Assembly (NCBI GenBank): GCA_038255465.1
Contig: JBBSLJ010000001.1
Span: 54,274 to 118,273 of the forward strand
Source: Candidatus Saccharimonadales bacterium
GTDB taxonomy: Bacteria; Patescibacteriota; Saccharimonadia; Saccharimonadales; JACDFO01
DNA length: 64,000 bases
Direction: 5' to 3'
Shown in pieces: positions 41,605-51,394 of the stretch (the stretch's first letter is position 1; every line of letters starts with the position of its first letter). The notes below the pieces were generated by a model that worked only from the letters and a program-made list of their open reading frames with translations, searched no databases and was not told where the DNA came from. The position numbers were made by a program, and so were the translations under genes.

Positions 41605-43809
41605 ATGGATACTAGTGAGCTCTTAGGAGCCGCAGCGTTGGCTGAGCCGGCACAAAAAAAACATGAATTTGAAGAAATCACAGAGTCCCAGCCTGCTTCT
41701 ACTATTGACCGATTGCAACAATTAGAAGTATTAAAAGAAGTTGCAGATGTTATGCGAGAAGATCCTGCTGTTTCTTCTATGTTTGATGTTGTACGTCAAA
41801 CTCCTGATATTTTTACTGAAATCCAACCCGTTTTATCTCGTGATAAAGAATTTGACTCGGCAGCCTTACCTGGCGAGCTACACCGTACTTTTACTCCCTT
41901 ATTTGCCGGGATTAGCATGTCGCGTCGCGGAAGCACCCTACTTGAGCTTGCCATCGACAGACACACCGACTGTGAGGCTGAGCAGCTTTGGGGTTTAATT
42001 ATCAAAGGAGAGGCGTACACTTCCGAGCTTGTTGTTGGATCGGGAGTTCATGCAGCTATTTATAATTCAGAGCGCATGACGGCTGATCCAAAAGTGCCGG
42101 CACTTACAATTGACGGTGGTGCCAGCGCGGGCGGACAATTTGCGGGTCCAGAGGGACCAGTCTGGTTTTTGAACACACGTACCAGGCCTGAGGATCCCGA
42201 CGCACCTAATGTCCCGGGGGGCAAGGGCAGCTTGAATACACTAGAGCGTGGCGTTCTTCAACAGTCTGATATCAGCGGATCATCATATGCCTCTCAAGAT
42301 ACATTAGCCCTACCAACGCAAGTCAATCATCTTTTATATAGTAAAGTGCTCAATAGAACGGAAGTTGTTCGTGTTGAGGAAAACAATAGCGATGAAAGCG
42401 GCCGACCAGGATTATACAAAGTGACCTTGAGGTGCGGAGAGCTAGAAGAAGCAACAGTTACTACTGACAGACTAGTTTTTGCGAGTGGTCTTGGTGACCC
42501 AGTTACTGGTTTTGAAAACAGTGACCAAGATACGCAGGATATTATTGAGGAAGAAAAAGCAAAATTTAAACGCGGCGAAGATGCCCAGATCATGACATTC
42601 GAACAATTTGCCGAACGTGTCGGTGACGAAAGCGACCCATTCCCGCTAAGACCCTTTGGGTGGGTGGCAGTAATCGGCCCGGGCGACGGCGGAGCTGTTG
42701 CCGCCGAATACCTATTGGGTAGTGGGCCATCGACACGCATGTCTTCTACCCAGCTTGATCAGGTTCAAGAAGTATTTTGGATCGGCCAAAAAGCCGAAAC
42801 TCGCGAAGAATATATGCAATCAAGCCGGCAGCGTTATCGTAATCTCGGCCTTGAATTCCCAGTTGATACCAAAAGCGGCTATGCTCACCGGCTCACACCT
42901 ATACCAACTCGAGCCTATAAAATTGAGCGAACCGAAGATGGCCGCATCAAGATACTCCATGGGAGGCGTGAAACTGACGGGACTATTACCCACGTTGATG
43001 ATGTCGTGGTTGATCATGTAGTTCTTGCAACTGGTTTCAAAAAAAAGACAGAGAAAATTTGCAGTTCTGTTCTTAAGCCCGACCATGAGGGCAAGGTTGA
43101 CGAATTTGTAACGGTAGATGACGGCTGGGCAATTGCTAGAAGATATTCAGGAACTCAAATATACATTGTTGGGCCGGCAGCCGAATTACCTGTTAGCCGC
43201 CAAGATAGAGATACTTCTCCAGCCATGAAAAGGGGGAAGGTCATATCGAAAACGGTGGCCGTATGGGCTAGCGCAGAGGAAACGGCAGCGGCAGCTAGAT
43301 TGCTTAGCTCACAGAAGCCAGACGGAGAGCGCCCGGCTAGTCTAACTACTAAGCAAACTGCTAAGGTTGAGCCCGTTGAACTCCCGCCAATAGACCTATC
43401 GAATAATCAACAAGGGTCACAAATGGTGGCTGAGGTTGCAAAAGAAAAAATTCATAGTCTTTTGCCACACGATGCCAATTCAGAAGACATTACCCGATTA
43501 GCAGTTGGAACTGCATTACATAGGTACGTTTTCCCTGAGTCATTAGATAGTATACGTTTAACTATCCAAAGGATAAGCGAATCTGAAAACGGCTGGCGTT
43601 TTGATGTTAAGACAAATGTCGGCTTTCCGCAGTCTCCAGAATATATACGCCTTATGGACGACCTTATAGGCGAGCCTCTGTTGCAATCCGTTCTAGTAAG
43701 GCTAACTGAGCGGTCCGTCCACTCTTCTCAGACCGCAGTTTTAGACATCCCCTTATCCATGAGAAAAGTCTCTATAGGTGAAGTTGAGATTCGCGTCAAA
43801 CGCCGCTAG
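41605..43809 (+). CDS. two-dinucleotide-binding flavoprotein (FMO/N-hydroxylase-like), large
   Basis: LVVGSG..AA + GGQF (FAD site), VAVIGPGDGG (NAD(P) site), DHVVLATGF; track start 41560, ATG 41605 preferred. Confidence 0.65.
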   Translation: MDTSELLGAAALAEPAQKKHEFEEITESQPASTIDRLQQLEVLKEVADVMREDPAVSSMFDVVRQTPDIFTEIQPVLSRDKEFDSAALPGELHRTFTPLFAGISMSRRGSTLLELAIDRHTDCEAEQLWGLIIKGEAYTSELVVGSGVHAAIYNSERMTADPKVPALTIDGGASAGGQFAGPEGPVWFLNTRTRPEDPDAPNVPGGKGSLNTLERGVLQQSDISGSSYASQDTLALPTQVNHLLYSKVLNRTEVVRVEENNSDESGRPGLYKVTLRCGELEEATVTTDRLVFASGLGDPVTGFENSDQDTQDIIEEEKAKFKRGEDAQIMTFEQFAERVGDESDPFPLRPFGWVAVIGPGDGGAVAAEYLLGSGPSTRMSSTQLDQVQEVFWIGQKAETREEYMQSSRQRYRNLGLEFPVDTKSGYAHRLTPIPTRAYKIERTEDGRIKILHGRRETDGTITHVDDVVVDHVVLATGFKKKTEKICSSVLKPDHEGKVDEFVTVDDGWAIARRYSGTQIYIVGPAAELPVSRQDRDTSPAMKRGKVISKTVAVWASAEETAAAARLLSSQKPDGERPASLTTKQTAKVEPVELPPIDLSNNQQGSQMVAEVAKEKIHSLLPHDANSEDITRLAVGTALHRYVFPESLDSIRLTIQRISESENGWRFDVKTNVGFPQSPEYIRLMDDLIGEPLLQSVLVRLTERSVHSSQTAVLDIPLSMRKVSIGEVEIRVKRR

Positions 43810-44864
43810 GCGGTCGGTTTTAGTAGAGAAAACTGGCGGGAGATGTTACGCAAATCGTTTATGTCTCGCAGTTGCTCAATATCGCTCGGTTCTTTAAGGT
43901 CAGTAAGTGGGTATAGGGCATTCATGCCCGCAACGATTGACGCGATACTGTCCGTGTCACCGCCAAGCTCTACGGCTTGCCAAACGTTTTCCGGGAAACT
44001 GGCTTTCAGTACAAAAGCGCCGTAGGCCCGTCCGAGTGTACCGATTGAATCAAACCCGCCCTTCGGATTATGTCGAATCACCTCCCGAGCATCAAGTACG
44101 CCGAAATTAGACTTGAGTGCCATCCTGCCAAGACGCCTGCTGAGTATTGGTTCTTTCAGGGTTTGATCCATGCCGACATAGGCGTATTCAGCCATTTTGG
44201 CTATCTCAACCGCAGCATCAAGTAGCATTTGCCTAGAGTTAGCATCACCCTCGAGTAACCACCCTAGTACATCGTGGTGTACTCGGGCTGTCATGGCAGA
44301 AAAAGCATTGTCATGTGTCATACGAGCAAACTGCTCAACTACTTTGTCGCTCTCTGCAGAAGGCAAATTGCTAACTGCATGAAAGTACGCCAGTGGTGCT
44401 AGTTTCATAAGAACACCATTACCTAAACCGCCTTCTTCCCCGGACTCGCTCCAATGCCTGCCGCTAGCCAACCGCTCCATACTGCGAATTGTGCTGCGGC
44501 CAAAGCCAAATTTCTGTGGACCAAACGCCTCTGCATACCGTCCATAGGCAGTAATATGTTCGACAGCGACCGCATCCAATACATCCCCGCCATGTTTTTG
44601 GGTTTGAATAATTGCTTTGGTAACTGCCAGTGACAAAATCGTGTCATCGCTCCATCCACCCGTAGGTTGCCTGTCTATATATGGGTTCTTGGTAGTTGGT
44701 TGCAGGCTGTGAGGATCTTCGCCATTCGCGACCCGTTCACGCATGTGCTCAGCAATTGCCCCGGCTTTCATTGTTTCATATGGCAACCCAGCACTATCGC
44801 CGTAAGCTATCCACGGCAACAACCGCTCACCACATTCTTGTAGTGCGGCTTCCTCTTTGATCAT
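43806..44864 (-). CDS. ADP-ribosylglycohydrolase (ARH/DraG family)
   Basis: AYGDSAG, WSDDT, GNGVLMK, TH, GGDTDSIASIVAG. Confidence 0.9.
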   Translation of the reverse strand: MIKEEAALQECGERLLPWIAYGDSAGLPYETMKAGAIAEHMRERVANGEDPHSLQPTTKNPYIDRQPTGGWSDDTILSLAVTKAIIQTQKHGGDVLDAVAVEHITAYGRYAEAFGPQKFGFGRSTIRSMERLASGRHWSESGEEGGLGNGVLMKLAPLAYFHAVSNLPSAESDKVVEQFARMTHDNAFSAMTARVHHDVLGWLLEGDANSRQMLLDAAVEIAKMAEYAYVGMDQTLKEPILSRRLGRMALKSNFGVLDAREVIRHNPKGGFDSIGTLGRAYGAFVLKASFPENVWQAVELGGDTDSIASIVAGMNALYPLTDLKEPSDIEQLRDINDLRNISRQFSLLKPTA

Positions 44865-45679
44865 AATTGTCTCTCTTGTTCCAATAGTGGCGGAATACTA
44901 TCCGCAAAAGTCAGCAACGCTTCGTCGCTGTAGCGCTTACGTTCAATATGCACCCATTCTCCATTATTCCAGGATTTTGTTTCATCCCACGGGCTGATTG
45001 ATCGTCGCCATTCAATTCTAGGCCCCATTTTTCCTGTCTCCGGATTGACACGTGAATAATGCATGATCTGGCAGTTCCATATTTTATAATCATCGTCATT
45101 TTCCTGAGCCAGCCATTCGAATGTATCAAGACCCTCAAGCACGTACTTGGCCGCATTTATAAAGTCACCGTGGGTAACTGCAATAACGCTTTGGCCATCG
45201 CATTCACGGTGCAAGGTATTTTGAATACGCTCATAACGTAACCGCACGCCGCTAGCCAGTGACTCGCCGCCTGGCGGACACCAGTACCAGTAATTTTGAC
45301 CCTTGAGTTTATGGCTATGTTTAAATTGCTGCAAGCGTTCTTCATCGTTCAAAAGCCCGTACTCACCCCAGTCACGCTCACGCCACAAATCCTCTTTTTT
45401 CCAGCGACCTCCAAGCCCGAGTAAACCTGCAGTCTTTATGGTGCGGATTAAAGGAGATGTAAAATAGTGGTCAAAGCCTTCGGGAAACTCCCGTCGCAAC
45501 CATTCACCAGCCGACTGGGCCTGCTCTACTCCCTGTGGTGCTAACACCATTTCGCTGTCGTGACGATCGTGGAAACCATCCGGAATTTCAAAACCAGGCG
45601 CCTTTTTTACGCGCGCTTGAATCTCATTTGCTTCAGACCGACCATGGCGCACCATCACTAGATCTCTTGGCATCCCCAT
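44861..45679 (-). CDS. histidine phosphatase (phosphoglycerate mutase superfamily)
   Basis: MVRHGRS, SPLIRT, RERDWG, PGGES, VTHG; start at 45679 after AAGGAG. Confidence 0.88.
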   Translation of the reverse strand: MGMPRDLVMVRHGRSEANEIQARVKKAPGFEIPDGFHDRHDSEMVLAPQGVEQAQSAGEWLRREFPEGFDHYFTSPLIRTIKTAGLLGLGGRWKKEDLWRERDWGEYGLLNDEERLQQFKHSHKLKGQNYWYWCPPGGESLASGVRLRYERIQNTLHRECDGQSVIAVTHGDFINAAKYVLEGLDTFEWLAQENDDDYKIWNCQIMHYSRVNPETGKMGPRIEWRRSISPWDETKSWNNGEWVHIERKRYSDEALLTFADSIPPLLEQERQL

Positions 45680-45748
45680 ATATATCTCCTTTGTATATAT
45701 TGAAACATTTACTGCTAATAAAACCATGTGCAGTATTAGCAAGCTATA

Positions 45749-45769
45749 TTAGTGTTGACAATACACTAA
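45749..45769. promoter_or_regulatory. NrtR-type operator 3 (phosphatase-ARH / pncA divergon)
   Basis: ttagtGTtgacaatACactaa; perfect 7-bp arms, GT-N7-AC core; contains TTGACA. Confidence 0.8.
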
Positions 45770-45796
45770 GTATCATCTACTATCCATTATACACAG

Positions 45797-45817
45797 TAAG
45801 TGTGTATACAACAATAA
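45797..45817. promoter_or_regulatory. NrtR-type operator 4
   Basis: taagtGTgtatacaACaataa; GT-N7-AC core, 48 bp from operator 3. Confidence 0.65.
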
Positions 45818-45835
45818 GTAGTAGAGGAGTAGATT

Positions 45836-46555
45836 ATGAAAAACGTAGAGACATTCGACGAAGTCATAGCAATTAACGTAGATGTACAGAACGACTTTTG
45901 TCCTGGCGGTGCTCTGGCGGTGGCAGAAGGCGATATGGTAGTAGAACCATTAAACAAGGTTAATGACTGGGTACGTGACCAGGACGGTAAAGTCATCTTC
46001 ACGGGCGACTGGCACCCGCGTGAAACTGCCCACTTTGCAAACAATGGCGGCCCCTGGCCTGCCCATTGTGTCCGTTATACGGCTGGCGCAGCTTTTCACG
46101 ACGACTTAAAAGTAACTGACAACGACACCGTGGCGCTAAAAGGCACTGGTACTAAAGACGATGGTTATTCTGGCTGGTTTGCCGCCTTTGGCGCTGAAAG
46201 TCCTATATATCGGACATATACCGAGAAGGATGACGGCGTTAGCAGTGTCCAGGCCGCAATATTAGAAGCCGTCTGGTTGTATAAAGAAAATCAAAGGAAA
46301 GTTGCAGTTGTAATAGGCGGCTTAGCCACCGATTATTGCGTTAAAGCCACCGTGCTAGACGCCCTAAAAGGTGCCAAGAGTGCAGAGCGCTATGCCGCAA
46401 AAATCGGTATTTTTGTCCTTGAGGACGCTATCCGTGCAGTTGATGTAAATCCTGGAGACGGCGACCGTGCAGTCGATGAAATGAAAGCCGCCGGAGCAGT
46501 CTTTACCACAGCCGAAGAGTTATTAAGCGGCAAATTATTTGAAGTTACGGCGTAA
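45836..46555 (+). CDS. pncA: nicotinamidase / pyrazinamidase
   Basis: VDVQNDFCPGGAL, DWHP, WPAHCV, KG, GLATDYCV. Confidence 0.93.
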   Translation: MKNVETFDEVIAINVDVQNDFCPGGALAVAEGDMVVEPLNKVNDWVRDQDGKVIFTGDWHPRETAHFANNGGPWPAHCVRYTAGAAFHDDLKVTDNDTVALKGTGTKDDGYSGWFAAFGAESPIYRTYTEKDDGVSSVQAAILEAVWLYKENQRKVAVVIGGLATDYCVKATVLDALKGAKSAERYAAKIGIFVLEDAIRAVDVNPGDGDRAVDEMKAAGAVFTTAEELLSGKLFEVTA

Positions 46556-46565
46556 GGATCAAACC

Positions 46566-47831
46566 ATGGAACAATCACCACTTCCCTACGGCCCCGAGCT
46601 AGAAAGAACATACATTACCGCCGGACTCGACTACTACAAGCCGACCATGAGCCAGCTTGCGTACGAGAATGAACCAAATGCCGAAGTAACATTCACCTTC
46701 AAAAATCGCGGCGATCAACGGCTGGCCGATTACATTGATCCGATAGCTTTGCAAGAGCGTTTTGACAGCATTCGCGAACAAGGCTTTAATGCCGAAGAAC
46801 TGGATTACTTAGCTGGCATCCTAAACAGTCGGGGCGATCGTACATTTAGCGACGAATATCTTGAACACTTGCGCAGCGGCCAGTTACCGGCTGTTGACGT
46901 TACCCTGGGTAACGACGATATCGCTATTGAAACAACTGGTGGCTGGAGCCTGGTTAGCTTTTGGGAAACAGTCATAATGAGCGAAGTAAACGAGGCGTAC
47001 TTTGAAGGCTACGTACGAGCGCAAGGGCTCGACATCTTTGAAGTTTACAATGAGGGTGACCGCCGGCTTAGCGAAAAAATCAAAACACTAAAAGCCAATC
47101 CAGACATTAAAATCGTGGACTTTGGTACTAGGCGGCATTTTAGCCAACGCTGGCAGAGTCATGTTGTGAATCGCTTGCTAGCTGAATGCCCAGATAATGT
47201 AATCGGCACAAGCAATGTTGCCTTGGCACAGGCAAACAATATCAAACCGGTTGGCACATTTGCCCATGAAATGCCCATGACGTATGCAGGTCTTGCCGAT
47301 GCACGAGGCCAAGATATAAAAGAATCACACAACCGCTTTATTGGTGACTGGTTTGCGCGCTACGGCGACGACCTGTCTACGGCGCTAACCGACACCTTTG
47401 GTAGTGATTTCTTCTTTAGCGATTTTACGCTTGAGCAGGCCACAAAATGGCGTGCTCTGCGTCATGATTCAGGTGATCCGGTTGAATTCGGCGAAAAAGC
47501 TTTGGCTTTTTATGAAGCCAACGGAATTGATCCAAAAACAAAAACCATCGTTTTTAGTGACGGCTTGGATATTAATGAAATCGTAAGACTGCATGACAAA
47601 TTTAGCGATCGAATCAATGTTACGTTTGGCTGGGGCACTACGCTTACAAACGATCTTGGGCCTAAATCCCTTAATATAGTCATGAAAGCCACTCACGTTG
47701 AGGATACGACTACTGGCCAGGAAGCAGATGAAGTAAAATTAAGCGACAACGCCGGCAAACACACTGGTCCAGAAATCAAAGTAAACGAATACGAATTAAT
47801 CTTTGGTGCAAAGGATTTGGCAGTTTGCTAA
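46566..47831 (+). CDS. pncB: nicotinate phosphoribosyltransferase
   Basis: DYYKPTM, DFGTRR, GTSNV, GTFAHE, RHDSGDP, FSDGL, GWGT, VKLSD. Confidence 0.93.
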   Translation: MEQSPLPYGPELERTYITAGLDYYKPTMSQLAYENEPNAEVTFTFKNRGDQRLADYIDPIALQERFDSIREQGFNAEELDYLAGILNSRGDRTFSDEYLEHLRSGQLPAVDVTLGNDDIAIETTGGWSLVSFWETVIMSEVNEAYFEGYVRAQGLDIFEVYNEGDRRLSEKIKTLKANPDIKIVDFGTRRHFSQRWQSHVVNRLLAECPDNVIGTSNVALAQANNIKPVGTFAHEMPMTYAGLADARGQDIKESHNRFIGDWFARYGDDLSTALTDTFGSDFFFSDFTLEQATKWRALRHDSGDPVEFGEKALAFYEANGIDPKTKTIVFSDGLDINEIVRLHDKFSDRINVTFGWGTTLTNDLGPKSLNIVMKATHVEDTTTGQEADEVKLSDNAGKHTGPEIKVNEYELIFGAKDLAVC

Positions 47832-47873
47832 TCTTAGCAGTAAAGTCAGAAGATATTATGGAGATTACGCAAG

Positions 47874-48617
47874 ATGGGAACTAGTCAAACCGAGCTGTTC
47901 AAACAGGATGCGCTACAGTGCATGCGCGGTTCATTAGCGCAACAAAACTACCCCGGCTATCCCAACCAATCAGAAAGACTACATGGTGATGTCACAAATC
48001 TTGATATTCCAGATCAGTGGCCATTGCACCCATGGATTACTGATATGCTCGATGACCCTGAGATCGGTGCTGTAACTGGCCGGCGATTTTATAGGAATTT
48101 CGGAGCAAATTATACTGCCGATCCAATTATAGTCCGCCGTGATATGAGCAAACCGCATGTGCTGCTTATTGAGCGCGGTGACACAGGTTGTCTGGCACTG
48201 CCGGGTGGGTTTATCGAGCCGGATGAAGATCCCGCCACGGCCGCCAGACGTGAAGCCAAAGAAGAGACTGGTATTGATTTGCTACGGCTCATACATACGA
48301 TCAAGCCCGTATATAGCGGTCCAGTTGCTGATATTAGACTAACAGCCAACGCCTGGCCCGAAACATTTGCGTTCTGCTTTGAACTACAACTTGACACAAA
48401 TGAAGAGCAAAAAACACTAACAGAAATGATGTCGCGAAACCGTTTTGACAAAGTCATCAGGTCAGCGGGCCGTGCTGCCTCTATTAATTATTTGCAGAAC
48501 AGAGGATGGCAAGGCACTGACGACGCCAAAACGGCTGGATGGTTTCCAGCCGATAAAGTTAACAATAGGCTGTTCGGTTCCCATAAAGCCCTGGTTGAAC
48601 TGGCTATGAAAGGCTAG
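47874..48617 (+). CDS. Nudix hydrolase, ADP-ribose pyrophosphatase-like
   Basis: intact Nudix box GGFIEPDEDPATAARREAKEETG; GANYTADPII, D.R.T.NAW.ET, DDA..A.W and FGSH resemble NUDT9-like ADPRases. Confidence 0.82.
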   Translation: MGTSQTELFKQDALQCMRGSLAQQNYPGYPNQSERLHGDVTNLDIPDQWPLHPWITDMLDDPEIGAVTGRRFYRNFGANYTADPIIVRRDMSKPHVLLIERGDTGCLALPGGFIEPDEDPATAARREAKEETGIDLLRLIHTIKPVYSGPVADIRLTANAWPETFAFCFELQLDTNEEQKTLTEMMSRNRFDKVIRSAGRAASINYLQNRGWQGTDDAKTAGWFPADKVNNRLFGSHKALVELAMKG

Positions 48618-48622
48618 CCGGA

Positions 48623-50077
48623 TTACTTCTCTGTAGTTGGAGTGGTTTCCCTGCGTGGGAATAATGTGCCTTCAATCGGGCGCACAATTCCCTCGTCAAA
48701 TACCTTTCGAATTTTTTCAGATGTATCCGGGATAAACGGCTTCAGCAGCTCAGCAATTTCTAGCAATGAACTTACCTGATTAGCCAGGACTTCGCGCAGA
48801 TGCTCTGTATCGTCCTTCTTTTTGAGTTCCCATGGTTTCTCAACCTCTATGTACTGGTTAAGCCCGCGAACTTGCTCCCAAACTTCTTCAAGGGCACGAT
48901 CGAACCGGCACGCTTCAAGCGCCGCAACGTACTGGCCAGTATCGTGGCTAGACGGAGGGATAATGCCAATCAAGCCGTTTTGATATTGCGAAATCATAGC
49001 GGCTGTACGCTGTACGGCGTTGCCAAGTTCATTGGCCAGTTCACTGTTATATACTGCCTGCAATCGTTCCCAGCTAAACTCACCATCTTCATAAGACGGA
49101 ACATGACGCAGCAGGTAATATCGGAACACGTCTGTTCCGTATTCTTTAATGATTTCTTGCGGGTCAATAACGTTTCCGAGAGACTTGCTCATTTTGGTGC
49201 CGCCTTCGGCGTTAATAAAGCCGTGTACATACAGGGTTTTAGGCAACGGCAGGCCAAGACCAAGTAAAATACCCGGCCAGATTGCGGCGTGAAACCGCAA
49301 AATATCTTTGCCAACGACCTGCACATTGGCCGGCCAGAACTTCTTAAAATCATCGTGTTCCGGATAGCCCAGCACCGTAATATAGTTCATCAGCGCCTCA
49401 AACCAAACGTACATTACTTGAGTTTTATCACCAGGCACTGGGACGCCCCACGATATTTTGTCTATCGGCCTTGAGATGCTGATGTCCTCCAGGCCTTCCT
49501 TAATCACGTGCATGATCTCATGCTTTCTGGTAGCCGGGATAATCGTAAAACTACCGTCTGTGATGGCCTTCTCAATAACGGATGCATACTTTGAAAGTTT
49601 GAAAAAGTAGTTTTCTTCTTCGATTTTTTCATACGTTTTATTATGATGCGGGCAAATGTTGTTATTTGCTTTAGCGGCCGCCTCTGTTACGTATTCTTCG
49701 CAACCCGTGCAGTACAAACCGGTATATTTTGACTTATAAATATCCTTTTCAAGCGCCTTCCAAATCAATTGCGCTCGCTGCTCGTGACCGGCATCGGTTG
49801 TGCGGATAAAGCGGTCATTGCTGATATCAAGGTCTTTTAGAAGCTTACGGAAATTATCGCTCATTTTATCAACAAGCACTTTTGGGGTAACGTTTAGTTC
49901 GGCTGCTTTTTCGGCAATCTTGCCTCCGTGTTCATCGGTGCCTGTACAAAAAATAACTGGTTTGCCTTGCTGGCGAGCGTAGCGCGCAATGACATCTGCC
50001 AGCACAAATTCAAAGGCATGGCCAATATGCGGCTCGCCGTTTACGTACGGAATAGAAGTTGTAATAAAGTAATTCAC
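48623..50077 (-). CDS. metG: methionine--tRNA ligase (short, monomeric form)
   Basis: HIGH, GTDEHG, KMSKS; no C-terminal dimerisation domain. Confidence 0.96.
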   Translation of the reverse strand: MNYFITTSIPYVNGEPHIGHAFEFVLADVIARYARQQGKPVIFCTGTDEHGGKIAEKAAELNVTPKVLVDKMSDNFRKLLKDLDISNDRFIRTTDAGHEQRAQLIWKALEKDIYKSKYTGLYCTGCEEYVTEAAAKANNNICPHHNKTYEKIEEENYFFKLSKYASVIEKAITDGSFTIIPATRKHEIMHVIKEGLEDISISRPIDKISWGVPVPGDKTQVMYVWFEALMNYITVLGYPEHDDFKKFWPANVQVVGKDILRFHAAIWPGILLGLGLPLPKTLYVHGFINAEGGTKMSKSLGNVIDPQEIIKEYGTDVFRYYLLRHVPSYEDGEFSWERLQAVYNSELANELGNAVQRTAAMISQYQNGLIGIIPPSSHDTGQYVAALEACRFDRALEEVWEQVRGLNQYIEVEKPWELKKKDDTEHLREVLANQVSSLLEIAELLKPFIPDTSEKIRKVFDEGIVRPIEGTLFPRRETTPTTEK

Positions 50078-50201
50078 TGTTTTAGTCTACCTTGTTTAAG
50101 ATTATATGAAAGAAATTTGAAGAGTAAGAAAAGCAAGCCCTAGCGGGGCATCGTGTTGGTTGCGTAATTGCTTTTCTGGAACATAAACATATATTAACAG
50201 A

Positions 50202-50498
50202 TTAAGACCATTCACGCGACTGGTTTTTCTTTTCTTTCATTTCAAAAGCTTTTGCGAGGTCAATATTTAGGTGATTACACAGGTCGAGCAAGTACCAAAA
50301 CACGTCCGCTGCCTCTTCTTCTAAATCATGCACACGTGAGTTTTTATCCGTTTTTATGCCGCTCGCTTTTCTGGTGGCCTTCGCAAACTCACCGACTTCT
50401 TCTAGAAACAACATAAAAATTTCAGACACGGATTCGTCAGCAAAACCCCGCTCTGTCACCATTTTTTCCACGTATTTCTGATATTCGGATACTGTCAT
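50202..50498 (-). CDS. MazG-like NTP pyrophosphohydrolase
   Basis: EEVGEF...EEEAADVFWY; ATG 50498 sits 6 nt after TACAAT. Confidence 0.85.
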   Translation of the reverse strand: MTVSEYQKYVEKMVTERGFADESVSEIFMLFLEEVGEFAKATRKASGIKTDKNSRVHDLEEEAADVFWYLLDLCNHLNIDLAKAFEMKEKKNQSREWS

Positions 50499-50624
50499 AG
50501 TTCTATTGTAACAACTTAAGATGCTTAAGGTTTCATTCCCTAAGTTCATAGCCTACAATTTCAGTTGGACCAGAGAGTTCAAGCTGCACCTTTACAACCA
50601 TCGACCACATGAGGAGCGAGTAGC

Positions 50625-51365
50625 ATGCAACTGACGGAAGAAGCAGTAGCCAACGCCATTATCTGGAGCGCCGACGTCGATACCACCGAAACCTTGCTGG
50701 CTCAGGTAGAGAAGATGCCTAGGCTTTCGATCGTCAAAATCGACCGCCTGTTCGTGGCAAAGAACGGCTACGACATCTTCGACGCCCTTCGTGAGCGAGA
50801 CAAGCACGTCTTCTACGACGCCAAGATCGTCGAAATCCCAAGCAAAAGCGAGGCGCTGGCCATAGCCGAGTGCCGGCATCAGCCCTGGATGCTCAACTGC
50901 ATGGCCGGAATTGTGTCTGGTGGTGATTTTAGCCACGACGACCCCGATAAAATCGAAGCGCTGATGCGTTTTGCTGATGCCTGCCTCAGCGCAGACGTCC
51001 GTCCCTGTGCCGTGACGGTACTCACAAGCAAAAAGCCAGAGCTGGTCACCGAGGAATTCGGCCGCAGTGCCATCGATCAGGTGCTGTACTACGTCGAGCT
51101 CCTGGTGACTGCCGGTTTCACAGATGTCGTCTGCTCGCCAGCAGAGATCGAAGCCATCCGCTCGCGGTTCGAAGTCGACCTCGACATCAACACGCCCGGC
51201 TTGCGCCGCAATTCATCTGACACCGGCGACCAAGCCCGCGTCGCTACGCTTGGCTCGGCTCTTCGTTCTGGTGCCACTCGTGGCGTCATTGGTCGTGACC
51301 TGACCAAAGGCAACCCCGCTCAGAACTTTGACGACATCGTCGCCGAAGCCGTCGCCGAAGTCTGA
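50625..51365 (+). CDS. pyrF: orotidine-5'-phosphate decarboxylase (divergent)
   Basis: DAKIVEIP (DxKxxD variant), AVTVLTS, VVCS, TPGLR, DQARV, VIGR; paired with pyrE. Confidence 0.85.
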   Translation: MQLTEEAVANAIIWSADVDTTETLLAQVEKMPRLSIVKIDRLFVAKNGYDIFDALRERDKHVFYDAKIVEIPSKSEALAIAECRHQPWMLNCMAGIVSGGDFSHDDPDKIEALMRFADACLSADVRPCAVTVLTSKKPELVTEEFGRSAIDQVLYYVELLVTAGFTDVVCSPAEIEAIRSRFEVDLDINTPGLRRNSSDTGDQARVATLGSALRSGATRGVIGRDLTKGNPAQNFDDIVAEAVAEV

Positions 51366-51394
51366 TCCCCAGACCGACAATCCGAAAGGACGTT

